Below, in pieces: positions 27,256-36,192 of a stretch of 64,000 bases of DNA; position 1 is the first letter of the stretch, and each line of letters opens with the position of its first letter. Origin of the DNA: Candidatus Micrarchaeia archaeon (GTDB taxonomy: Archaea; Micrarchaeota; Micrarchaeia; CAILAH01); contig JAVZCB010000004.1 of assembly GCA_038874595.1 (NCBI GenBank), positions 32,001-96,000 on the forward strand. Direction: 5' to 3'. A model generated the notes under the pieces. The model searched no databases and was not told where the DNA came from. It saw only the letters and a program-made list of their open reading frames with translations. The position numbers and the translations under genes were made by a program.

Positions 27256-29421
27256 ATGATGCCTTCTGAAATAAGGATTACATTGGGAAAAATGGACCAA
27301 CTATCGCAGTACAAGCTCAAGTTAGAGGTTAGTAAAAAGTTTGGAAATGACGGCCTTAAAATTTATAACTTGCTTGAGAAATCAACTGATTTTGAGCTCC
27401 TGCGCAAAGGCGCCGGGCTTGATGATGACAGGTTGTACAGGATACTTGCTTTCATGGCCCGTGTAGGGTTGATTAGTGTAGAGGGGCTACCAAAAAAATA
27501 CCTGGAGGAAAGCCCTATTACAGAAGGCTTGGTTGTTGGTGTTGCACCTGCCGAGTCACTTATGCGTTTCAGGCATCAAAAGGCGCTTTTCAAGGAGTTC
27601 TCTTCAGATGGGATTAAGGTTTACGAGTATATTCGTAGCACTGAATCCACATTTGACAGGATTTCACGGGACCTTGGGATTGAACCAGAAAAAGTAAAAG
27701 AAATCCTGGACTTTATGATATCAAATGGTATTGCGTATTCAAAACAAGTAAGCCCCGCAAAGGCCCCAGAAAAAGAGTTAGAGAAACCAAAAGAAACAAT
27801 TGAAGAGGCAGCACTGCCTAAGGCCAAGGTGGAAGAAAAGATTTCTTTGGAAACCAAAAAGCCGCCTGCACAACCAAGCGGAAGGGAGATGGCAAAAGCA
27901 GCACAGCCTCCTGAAACTATCCAAGAATTTAGAAGTGAAAAAGCTATTGATGAAAGTGCTGAATATAGGATTGCAGATTTACCGCTTGCTGAAAGATATA
28001 ACATACAAAAAGAGATGCTTGACAAATTTGGCGCGGACGGATTGAAGGTTTATTCCTTGTTTACCATCCCTTCAACTGTTGCTAAGGTCGTGGAGCTTTC
28101 AGGAATTAGCAGGGAAAGAGTAATAGAGATTGCCGGAAAAATGCTTGAGAAGAAATATCTGACTACTAAAGAGAAGGTTATAACAGGTGAAGAAAAGCAG
28201 CTAGCGGAAAGGACCACAAAAAAAGAAGAGGCGATGCCAGAGGTACCAAAAGAGAAAACGATTGTTGAAGAGAAGAAGATAGAAATTAAGCCTGTTGAAT
28301 TGGAAAAAGAAAAGGAAGAAAGGCGTGTTGAGACTAAGGAAAAAACCAAACCTCTTAAATACGAAGAGAAAGAGGAGGAAATCAAACCCGTTGAGCTTGA
28401 AGAGGGAGAAAAGCTACCTGAGATTGAAGAGGAGATAACACAGCCAGAAACGGAGGAGAAGGAGGAGTTGCCAGCTGAGGAAGAGGAGGAGATTCAACCC
28501 CCGGAAGAAGAGGTGGAGGAAAAACCTGCTGGTGAAAAGGGAGAGGAAGAAATTCAGCTCCCGGAGATAGAAGAAGAAATAACCGCTCCAGAAATAACCG
28601 AAGAAGAGAGCGAAGAAAATAAAGCACCTGCTAAAGAAGAGCTCAGCCAATTTGAGAAGATAATAAAAGATGAGTACGGCTCCAAGGGACTTCTTGTGTA
28701 CAGGCTTATAGATGGCAAAAGAACTGCTGAAGAGATAATGAAAGAGGCAAATGTGGATGAGGAATTCATAATAGAATTTTTCGGCTTCCTTGAAAACAGA
28801 GGGATTATCAGGCTTGAGAAACCTAAGGGTGAGCAAGTCAAGGAGGAAATTGAAACAGAAGAAAAAATGCCTATCTCTGAAAGTTTTGCTGCACAGCCAC
28901 TCACTGAGAATATTAAAGTTCCAAAGAAGGAAATCATAATACTTGATGTTATCCCGCTCGATGTCCCAATCCTGCAAAAGATGCCATTGCCTGCAAGGAT
29001 GTCGCTTGAGGCAAAACTTCTTGCAAAGTTTGGGCCGCGTGCGCTCAGGATACTAAACAGGATTGATAATGAGAGCGATATAGTAAAAATTGCCATAGAG
29101 AATGCAATAGACCTGGATGAGCTTGATGAGATTTTATACGCGATAAGCAATAGCGGTGGCTGCACGTTTGCGACGCTCAGTGAAGATGATATAAAGAGGA
29201 GATATGGTGATGAAGCACTAAAAATATATAAGAAGTACGGGCGGGAAGGCGTAATCATATATGAACTTATAGGCAAAATGGACTCGCTTAAAAAGATGGT
29301 TTCTTTTGCAAAGGTTGACCCAAAGAAAGCTGTTGAAATTATTGTGGACATAAACGAGTTGCTCGGTATAGAAGGAGTAACAAAGAAGGACCTGTACGCG
29401 GAGCTCGGGCTTCGGGAGTAG
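27256..29421 (+). CDS. Multi-winged-helix repeat protein with acidic low-complexity linker
   Basis: About six K-F/Y-G-x-x-G-h-x-h-Y units and a Glu/Pro-rich linker. Confidence 0.8.
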   Translation: MMPSEIRITLGKMDQLSQYKLKLEVSKKFGNDGLKIYNLLEKSTDFELLRKGAGLDDDRLYRILAFMARVGLISVEGLPKKYLEESPITEGLVVGVAPAESLMRFRHQKALFKEFSSDGIKVYEYIRSTESTFDRISRDLGIEPEKVKEILDFMISNGIAYSKQVSPAKAPEKELEKPKETIEEAALPKAKVEEKISLETKKPPAQPSGREMAKAAQPPETIQEFRSEKAIDESAEYRIADLPLAERYNIQKEMLDKFGADGLKVYSLFTIPSTVAKVVELSGISRERVIEIAGKMLEKKYLTTKEKVITGEEKQLAERTTKKEEAMPEVPKEKTIVEEKKIEIKPVELEKEKEERRVETKEKTKPLKYEEKEEEIKPVELEEGEKLPEIEEEITQPETEEKEELPAEEEEEIQPPEEEVEEKPAGEKGEEEIQLPEIEEEITAPEITEEESEENKAPAKEELSQFEKIIKDEYGSKGLLVYRLIDGKRTAEEIMKEANVDEEFIIEFFGFLENRGIIRLEKPKGEQVKEEIETEEKMPISESFAAQPLTENIKVPKKEIIILDVIPLDVPILQKMPLPARMSLEAKLLAKFGPRALRILNRIDNESDIVKIAIENAIDLDELDEILYAISNSGGCTFATLSEDDIKRRYGDEALKIYKKYGREGVIIYELIGKMDSLKKMVSFAKVDPKKAVEIIVDINELLGIEGVTKKDLYAELGLRE

Positions 29422-29473
29422 CAAAGGAACCTTTTTATTCGTTTCCTATTCTAAAATAGCCATTGGTGTTTAT

Positions 29474-29854
29474 ATGGACCAGTTTCACGGGCGTTCGATG
29501 ACAAACCCGCGCGGCGGGAAAAAGGTTCCCAACAGGGATAAGAGGAAATATGAATGTGGAGGGTATTTTGCAGCACCGAAAATTGGTGAGGATATTCGCG
29601 AGAAGTACAGGTGCCGTGGCGGTAACCTGAAAATCCAGCTTAAGCAGGTGCAGTACGCAAATGTGGACGTTGACAAAGGCAGGGTTGTAAGGGCAAAGAT
29701 TATCAAAGTCAATTCAACACCAGATAATAGGAACTATGCTAGGCAGGGCCTCATTACAAAAGGGTCACTGCTGACAACAGAGGTTGGCGAGGTTGTGGTG
29801 CAAAACAGGCCATCACAGCATGGTGTTGTAAACGCGAAGCTTGTAAAAAAATAA
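29474..29854 (+). CDS. rps8e: 30S ribosomal protein S8e
   Basis: RDKRKYE.G, RCRGGNLK, NYARQGLITKG and RPSQHGVVNAKL motifs. Confidence 0.93.
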   Translation: MDQFHGRSMTNPRGGKKVPNRDKRKYECGGYFAAPKIGEDIREKYRCRGGNLKIQLKQVQYANVDVDKGRVVRAKIIKVNSTPDNRNYARQGLITKGSLLTTEVGEVVVQNRPSQHGVVNAKLVKK

Positions 29855-29909
29855 TCTATTTTTATATAAACCCCTATGTTTGTAAAAGCAGATATAGAAA
29901 TATTTATAA

Positions 29910-32900
29910 ATGGGTTTCCTTCTAACTGCATCTGGTGCTAGTGTGAAAACTAAGGAAGAGGTTCTTAAAGAAATAGACGCTGTAAAAAAGATGCTGTTTG
30001 AAGTATCTTCAATAATCATTAAGGATGCAAAGGTATCAACTGGCCTCCCGGAAGATAAGGCGGCTGAAATACAACAAGGCGTAGATAAGATAAAAGAACG
30101 CGTTGATAGCATCTTGTGCGATTACTGTGACTTGAACAGGGACCAAAACATAGCCTCTGAGCTGAGCCTGCTCGCAGGTTCCATAGATTTCAAGATAGAT
30201 TACATACAAGAGGAAGTGCAAAAGTTCCCGGAGGACCGAGCACTTTTAGCATTTATGGGCTTGAATGCGTGCAGGGCGAGCATTGAAGATGTGTTAAAAG
30301 GAGGCATCCCCGCCACCCCAAAAAAACAAGCCATTGACGAGTTTGATGTGCTCACGAACGGGACAAAAAATGAAAAGCTCAGCTTTCTCTTTAATCTTAA
30401 TGGTGATGTGCTTACTGATGAGCAGACGCTTAAGCTGATTAAGGCATATGAGAAGGAGAAGGACGTGGATGTTTCTGCAATGCTAAAAGAGTACATAAAC
30501 CTAAAACTCAATGCTGACTCTTTTATATACACAAAGAAACTTATGCAAAGCGATAAGAAGGAGGATAGGCTTGAAGGCCTGCTATACCTGCGCGGTATGA
30601 GCACAAAACATTCCGCAGTGGTAGATTTGTTGCTTTCATCCTACCTTAATGAAGAGGATGTACAAGTAAGAAACGTAATGATGGATATGATAACGCGGCG
30701 GCTTGGCCCTTCGGCGCTTATTTATTTTGCAAAAAAGACTAATGATGCAGAGCACCACCGAAAGCTTGCAGCGCTATTACCGGTGTCAAAGGAACTTGTG
30801 GAGAAGGTATGGGATAGTGCTTCTGATGGAAATCCAAACCTACAAAAGTTTTTGGAAGAGCTAAGAAACCGTATGCTTATTGCAGAAAATAAGAATGCAC
30901 TTCCAATGAGCAAGACAGACAAATATGCAATAGCTGATAGGCCAGATAAAGAAAAGATACTATCTGAAATAAGGCAGAACTTGGCGCCGTATGGAGAAGC
31001 TATTGCTGCGGCGCTTGCAAAAGGTGCCACACTGCAACAGATTTCAGAGAATGCGAAAATCGGGCTTACAAATGCTATAAGAATTGTGCAGGATCTTATG
31101 CTCTGCAATTATGTGGTAAGAAAAGGCAGAAATGCGGAAGAGATCGACGAGCTGCTTGCCGAGATTGAAAAAGAGAAACGGACTACGTTTCTTATGGAGT
31201 ATATAAAAAACACCTCACTGCCTAGTATAGTAAGAATGGCTGCTGGGAGAAAGTGTATCAAAATTTATGCTGACACGGGCATGCACCTCAAACTTGAAGA
31301 GATGTGTGCAAGCCTTCCAGATATACCTGAAGCTATAAAAATTGAGGCCGGGAAGCGTGTCATTGAAATATACAGCCAGAAAGGGTGGGACCGCCGCATA
31401 GCTGACTTTGGCAAGAAAGCAGATAATGGCCTGATGCCTAAAATTGTGCTTGATGAAATCCAGAGGATAATAACGAATACAAGCCCCTCAGCGGATGCAT
31501 ACGATAACAAAACTGCTGAAATAACAAAAAGCGCAAATGAGACCTTATTTGAGAGCGTGTTTGAGCCAGTGGGGAATGGTGATGGGTATGAGAAAGATGC
31601 TGAAAACAATGCTCCAATAAAGAAGGTTGTAACTGCAAAAATACCTATAACTGTGGATATGGTGCGAGAGGTGGAGGCATCTGAAGATTCAAGCAGCGCC
31701 TATGAGGCAAACACCAATGATAAAACAGAAAAACCGCCCCTAGCTGCGGATGAAGCGGAATCTAAAAAGATGGAGCCTGGGGCAGCTGGTATGTTGGGAA
31801 GTGCTGATACCTCCAAAAGTGGTGTTACCGAGAAAACATCTGGCCAGGAGAATAGCGCGGGGCCCTCTGAGCTTCAGGCTGATCATAGCGAAATGGCCAA
31901 TGCCAATGAAAACCGCACTGAAAATCCCACAATACCTGGATTGGCCAGCCCAGATGCAGGGCAAGCTTTAGACCTATCTCCTTCTGCTACAAATGAGGAG
32001 GTATCATTGTTCCGCATTGAAACAACGAAGCCCATAACAATTCCGCCCCATTTAATTGAGATGGCAAAGGAAAAGATTGGCCCGGCGGTGGAGAACGAAG
32101 AGGGTACTGATATTGTGGACAAGATGCCTGTACAGCAAGCATTCCCATTCTATGCCCAAGCGTATGTAGATTATATATACCTAAAGGAAAAGAATGGGGG
32201 CAACACACCACTGAGTGCAGAGGCAGGACCTATTGCGCAAGAAGGTATAATGAGCAATAACGAATTGCAAATGCCGCTGTTTGAGGAATACAATACAAAT
32301 AAGGAGGAGAGCGCTGAAAGGCAAGCTGATGATAAAATACGTATTGCTGATGAGAATGCAACCACTCCCAAGGATACTACTAAAGAAAACGCAACCAGTA
32401 ATGCTGGCGAGAAAGAGCATGCAGTGGAAAAAGAAAATGATAGTGGAAGTAATAGTGAGAGTGAAATACAATTAACGGGTAGTGAGAGTGAAATACAATT
32501 AAGCGATAATGATAACGAGATAAAAAGTGCAGGTGGTAAAGAGATAATTGATAAATCAACGGTGCCACCCTTACCAAAAGAAGTGAAAGAAGATGGGCAA
32601 GCTTTTAAAATCGATCTGGAACCAGTGGGAAAACCGCACGATGCGGTGCAGAGCACTAACGCAAACAATGTTGATTATGATATGAGCGCACAAAAAAGTG
32701 CCGCTGATGGAACTTCGGAGCGGGATATACAAGCTGTCAATGAAATCCTCCTAGTACTCTCAAAGTGCTTTATGAAAGAGCACGCAAGCTTTGAAAGAAC
32801 AATGCAGCTTACCAAGGCAGTGATTGACAGGATACATAACGGGGAAAAAGTAACCGCTAATGATATTGTAGACATAGCAATCAAAGAAAGAATACCTTTC

Positions 32901-33260
32901 CTGCTTAAAAAAGAGGTTAAGAAAAATGCCTATGAAATTGATCGCGCACTGCTAATGGCATATTATGAGCTGCCGCACAAAAAAGTAAAAAAGCAGCAAA
33001 AGGTCCTGAAATGGGCCATAGCGATAGCGGCTACAATAGCAATTGCACTGTCCGCACCAAAGGCATACCACTACGCACAAACAGCATACCATACTAACCC
33101 AGTTGTACAAAAGACTGTTGAATCTGCAAGTAGCATTACAAAGGACGCTATAAACAAGATTGAAAAGAAAATCCGAGACACACAGAAACTCGGGAACAAA
33201 GCAAAAAAGAAGGCCAAAAATGTTAGGGATTATATACGTGATAAACTGCACCTGAAATAA
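29910..33260 (+). CDS. Large hypothetical protein: helical/HEAT-like N-half, acidic disordered region, single C-terminal TM
   Basis: 1116-aa ORF with a TM segment WAIAIAATIAIALSA near the C-terminus, followed by a basic tail. Confidence 0.75.
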   Translation: MGFLLTASGASVKTKEEVLKEIDAVKKMLFEVSSIIIKDAKVSTGLPEDKAAEIQQGVDKIKERVDSILCDYCDLNRDQNIASELSLLAGSIDFKIDYIQEEVQKFPEDRALLAFMGLNACRASIEDVLKGGIPATPKKQAIDEFDVLTNGTKNEKLSFLFNLNGDVLTDEQTLKLIKAYEKEKDVDVSAMLKEYINLKLNADSFIYTKKLMQSDKKEDRLEGLLYLRGMSTKHSAVVDLLLSSYLNEEDVQVRNVMMDMITRRLGPSALIYFAKKTNDAEHHRKLAALLPVSKELVEKVWDSASDGNPNLQKFLEELRNRMLIAENKNALPMSKTDKYAIADRPDKEKILSEIRQNLAPYGEAIAAALAKGATLQQISENAKIGLTNAIRIVQDLMLCNYVVRKGRNAEEIDELLAEIEKEKRTTFLMEYIKNTSLPSIVRMAAGRKCIKIYADTGMHLKLEEMCASLPDIPEAIKIEAGKRVIEIYSQKGWDRRIADFGKKADNGLMPKIVLDEIQRIITNTSPSADAYDNKTAEITKSANETLFESVFEPVGNGDGYEKDAENNAPIKKVVTAKIPITVDMVREVEASEDSSSAYEANTNDKTEKPPLAADEAESKKMEPGAAGMLGSADTSKSGVTEKTSGQENSAGPSELQADHSEMANANENRTENPTIPGLASPDAGQALDLSPSATNEEVSLFRIETTKPITIPPHLIEMAKEKIGPAVENEEGTDIVDKMPVQQAFPFYAQAYVDYIYLKEKNGGNTPLSAEAGPIAQEGIMSNNELQMPLFEEYNTNKEESAERQADDKIRIADENATTPKDTTKENATSNAGEKEHAVEKENDSGSNSESEIQLTGSESEIQLSDNDNEIKSAGGKEIIDKSTVPPLPKEVKEDGQAFKIDLEPVGKPHDAVQSTNANNVDYDMSAQKSAADGTSERDIQAVNEILLVLSKCFMKEHASFERTMQLTKAVIDRIHNGEKVTANDIVDIAIKERIPFLLKKEVKKNAYEIDRALLMAYYELPHKKVKKQQKVLKWAIAIAATIAIALSAPKAYHYAQTAYHTNPVVQKTVESASSITKDAINKIEKKIRDTQKLGNKAKKKAKNVRDYIRDKLHLK
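32453..32502 (+). repeat. 23-bp direct repeat, period 27 bp (encodes SESEIQL twice)
   Basis: tagtgagagtgaaatacaattaa at 32453-32475 and 32480-32502. Confidence 0.85.
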
Positions 33261-33301
33261 AACACAGGATATACAACCACAAATACTAGAGTGATAAAAC
33301 G

Positions 33302-34243
33302 TTATGTATAACTTACAGATGCAGTGCGGCTTGGGGCTAGCAGCGTGTTAAAATTGATATTTATCTGCAACGGCCACGCTATCTCTTCTATAAAAGACCT
33401 AAGTATGCCGCGCTGTGGTGATATCTCGCACCTATCATACTCTTTTATGCCTGCAAGCTCTGCCGCTTTATTAAACGCGCGTGTCTCATTGCCAAGCTCA
33501 TCGACCAGCCCTATACCATACGCCTGCCTGCCTGATAAAATCCTGCCATCAAGCACCTGCTCAAACTTCTCATCGCTAAATCGTGGCCGGCCGTGCCTGT
33601 TCTCATACACTGCATTGCGGAACTCATCGAATATTTCATCAATGATTGACTGCAGCACTGCACGCTCTCTTTCAGTCAGGTTATGGCCCACATCACCTAT
33701 CCCCTTAAGTTCTCCTGAAGTGATATCTGTATAATTTATGCCAACCTTACTGAACAGCCCTGCGAGAGATATGGTTGTTGTCCGGACCCCTATGCTGCCA
33801 GTTATTGCTTCTGGCTCTGACACTATATAATCAGAGCCGGCAGCTGCATAATAACCACCAGAAGCAGCCATACTCCTGAAATATGCAACAACCGGCTTTC
33901 TCGAATGCTTAACACGCTCATATATTTCCCTGCTTGGGATTACCTCACCACCTGGTGAATCGATATAAAGGACAATTGCCTTAACATCTTCACGGGATTC
34001 GGCAGAATCAATCATCTTAATGATATCTCTCGCGCTTGGTGGCGGCTCTGGTGAAAACACACTAGAAGGCCCTGAGTAATCAGATATCTCGGACTCTATC
34101 TTAACTTCAGCTATACACGGCTTTGAAAGAAAGACAATCCCAAGCACCTGTCCTATAGCTGCAAGCAGGACTGCACCTACAGCAAAGATGATCATTAAAA
34201 GCGCAATCATACCTAATATTGATATACCCTGCGGCCTTTTCAT
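33302..34243 (-). CDS. sppA: Signal peptide peptidase SppA (S49)
   Basis: IDSPGG, AASGGYY, TGSIGV and DGRILSGRQA..IGLVDELG motifs. Confidence 0.93.
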   Translation of the reverse strand: MKRPQGISILGMIALLMIIFAVGAVLLAAIGQVLGIVFLSKPCIAEVKIESEISDYSGPSSVFSPEPPPSARDIIKMIDSAESREDVKAIVLYIDSPGGEVIPSREIYERVKHSRKPVVAYFRSMAASGGYYAAAGSDYIVSEPEAITGSIGVRTTTISLAGLFSKVGINYTDITSGELKGIGDVGHNLTERERAVLQSIIDEIFDEFRNAVYENRHGRPRFSDEKFEQVLDGRILSGRQAYGIGLVDELGNETRAFNKAAELAGIKEYDRCEISPQRGILRSFIEEIAWPLQININFNTLLAPSRTASVSYT

Positions 34244-34300
34244 AATGAAAGTTCGGGCCTATAATTATTATAAGCTTCATCTTTTAGAAAAAGCGATATT

Positions 34301-34813
34301 ATGAGCTTGGACCTTGCTGCCATAATCCTATTCATCTTTCCGCCCTATGTTGCAAACGCACTGCCAGTAGTATTTGGGGGAAAGCTTCCGATAGATATGG
34401 GCATTGTTGCATGGGACGGCAGAAGGCTTCTTGGTGATGGTAAGACGTGGAAGGGGCTCTTTGTTGGTGTTGTGGGTGGCGTGCTTGTAGGGTATGCTGA
34501 GGCGTTTGCCACTGGCAACTCAGCATTTGCATTCCTTGCACTGCTGTCAAGCACTGGTGCAATGCTTGGGGATATACTTGGAAGTTTTATCAAAAGGCGT
34601 ATGAATTATGAGAGGGGCAGGCCATCTTTGTTTATGGACCAGCTCCTATTCATCATCATTGCATTTCTCTTGTCCTACCCGGTATTGGTGCAACTGCTGC
34701 CGGCGGTCCTGCTGCCTGAGAGCATAGCATTAATCCTGCTTACCACATATGTAATGCACAGGGTAATGAATATAATTGCAAACAAGCTCGGGCTGAAAAA
34801 GGTGCCATGGTAG
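34301..34813 (+). CDS. carS: CDP-archaeol synthase
   Basis: PPYVANALPV, PID.G...DGRRLLGDGKTWKG, GDILGSFIKRR, DQL.F and C-terminal LKKVPW. Confidence 0.92.
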   Translation: MSLDLAAIILFIFPPYVANALPVVFGGKLPIDMGIVAWDGRRLLGDGKTWKGLFVGVVGGVLVGYAEAFATGNSAFAFLALLSSTGAMLGDILGSFIKRRMNYERGRPSLFMDQLLFIIIAFLLSYPVLVQLLPAVLLPESIALILLTTYVMHRVMNIIANKLGLKKVPW

Positions 34814-34826
34814 TTGGGGGGATTTT

Positions 34827-35402
34827 ATGGTAAAGGTAATATGTGTCACTGGAATGCGTGGAGGGGGTAAAACTGTATTCGGAGGAATTGCACGATCAAT
34901 GGGGCTACCTATATACGAGATGCGCACAATAGTTGTTGAGATGATGGAAAAGGAGAGCATTGAGATAAGCAACAGGAATATCCGCGAATATGCAAAAAGC
35001 ATACGTGAGCAGTTCGGAAAGGATGTGGTTGCGAAAAAGATGGTAGAACGGATCGGCAATACCCATACCAAAGATGATGTTATAGTTATTGTTGGGATAC
35101 GTGGGATGTATGAGACAAGGACATTCAGGGAAGCTTTCGGGGAAAAAAATGTTATCTTACTTGCCATATACGCACCCCCAAAATTGCGGTATGAACGCCT
35201 TGTTAAAAAGGAAGCTGGGATAAAAGAGAATAACAGCTATGAGGAGTTTCTTTGGAGTGATGAGATGGAATTGGGGTTTGGAGTCGCAAAGGCGATTGCG
35301 CTTGCAGATGTTATGATTGTTAATGACGGCACGATTGAGGAATACACTGAAAATTGCAGAAAGATTATCAGGAAAATAATCGATGGGGAGGTGAAAGTAT
35401 GA
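34827..35402 (+). CDS. P-loop nucleotide kinase-like protein (UPF0200/dephospho-CoA kinase-like)
   Basis: VTGMRGGGKT, GIRG..E, E...G...AIALAD..IVNDGT motifs. Confidence 0.8.
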   Translation: MVKVICVTGMRGGGKTVFGGIARSMGLPIYEMRTIVVEMMEKESIEISNRNIREYAKSIREQFGKDVVAKKMVERIGNTHTKDDVIVIVGIRGMYETRTFREAFGEKNVILLAIYAPPKLRYERLVKKEAGIKENNSYEEFLWSDEMELGFGVAKAIALADVMIVNDGTIEEYTENCRKIIRKIIDGEVKV

Positions 35403-36112
35403 TGAAATTGAATTTTGACTATGGAAAGGAGGGGTTTTATTATGAGAGTGCAAGCCTTGAGGACGGGCTTGTAGATGCATATAATGCTATAGGGGATATC
35501 CCATATTCGCTGCTTGGGATAAGTGCAGAAAAAATCCGCCTGGAAATATCAAAAATCCAGGCAGCAGATTTTGAAAGCGTGCTTTCGCAGGTAAGAATGG
35601 CTGAGATCATAAAAGGCGCCGGCGGTGCAGAATTTGCACACCTGTGCGAGTCGGTGGTTTTTGACGAGCTTGTCAGAAAATATGTTGGTGAAGTTATACC
35701 TGTGCGCAAAGTTGGTCTAAAATCCCCACAATTCAAGGGAAAGATGGTATTCATGAATGACACAAAGGACTGGATAATAGTAAAAAAAGCCACTGTATCC
35801 AAGGATACCACGCCGCGCGAGGCCGCTGCATTCCTGTTTGGGGTAAAAGCGGCCATATTATCAAAATACTTATCACTCAAATATCCTGAGAGGGGTGCTC
35901 AAGCAGCTACAATGGCAAAGGCGCTTAAGGGAAAGCGAAAAAGCCTGGGTGCCCTGAAAGATGTATATAATGCCAGCGGAAAAAACGTATGTGCATTTAT
36001 GGAAGGTGCAGCACTGCTTGGGTATACGCTTACGCCGACCCAGGATGCGATTAAAGAGGCATTCCCTGAGCTGAAGCTTCCTGGGATAAGAGGGCGAAAA
36101 CCAAAGGGGTAA
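35399..36112 (+). CDS. Conserved archaeal hypothetical protein (DUF2666-like)
   Basis: DWIIVKK..V...T.P.E.AAFL motif and C-terminal FPELKLP..RGRKPK. ATG overlaps the upstream stop. Confidence 0.65.
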   Translation: MMKLNFDYGKEGFYYESASLEDGLVDAYNAIGDIPYSLLGISAEKIRLEISKIQAADFESVLSQVRMAEIIKGAGGAEFAHLCESVVFDELVRKYVGEVIPVRKVGLKSPQFKGKMVFMNDTKDWIIVKKATVSKDTTPREAAAFLFGVKAAILSKYLSLKYPERGAQAATMAKALKGKRKSLGALKDVYNASGKNVCAFMEGAALLGYTLTPTQDAIKEAFPELKLPGIRGRKPKG

Positions 36113-36192
36113 ACACATAGGTTATTGGCGAGGGATGGCAATTCAATGGAGATGATAAAGTATATATAATAAAATGTACCTAATTTTATTGG

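Noticed and set aside
28414-29351. Long antisense ORFs (also at 40641-41402, 53701-54662, 47867-48553, 62645-63334)
   Set aside because: They are Ser/Phe-rich shadows of Glu/Lys-rich sense genes and carry no motifs.
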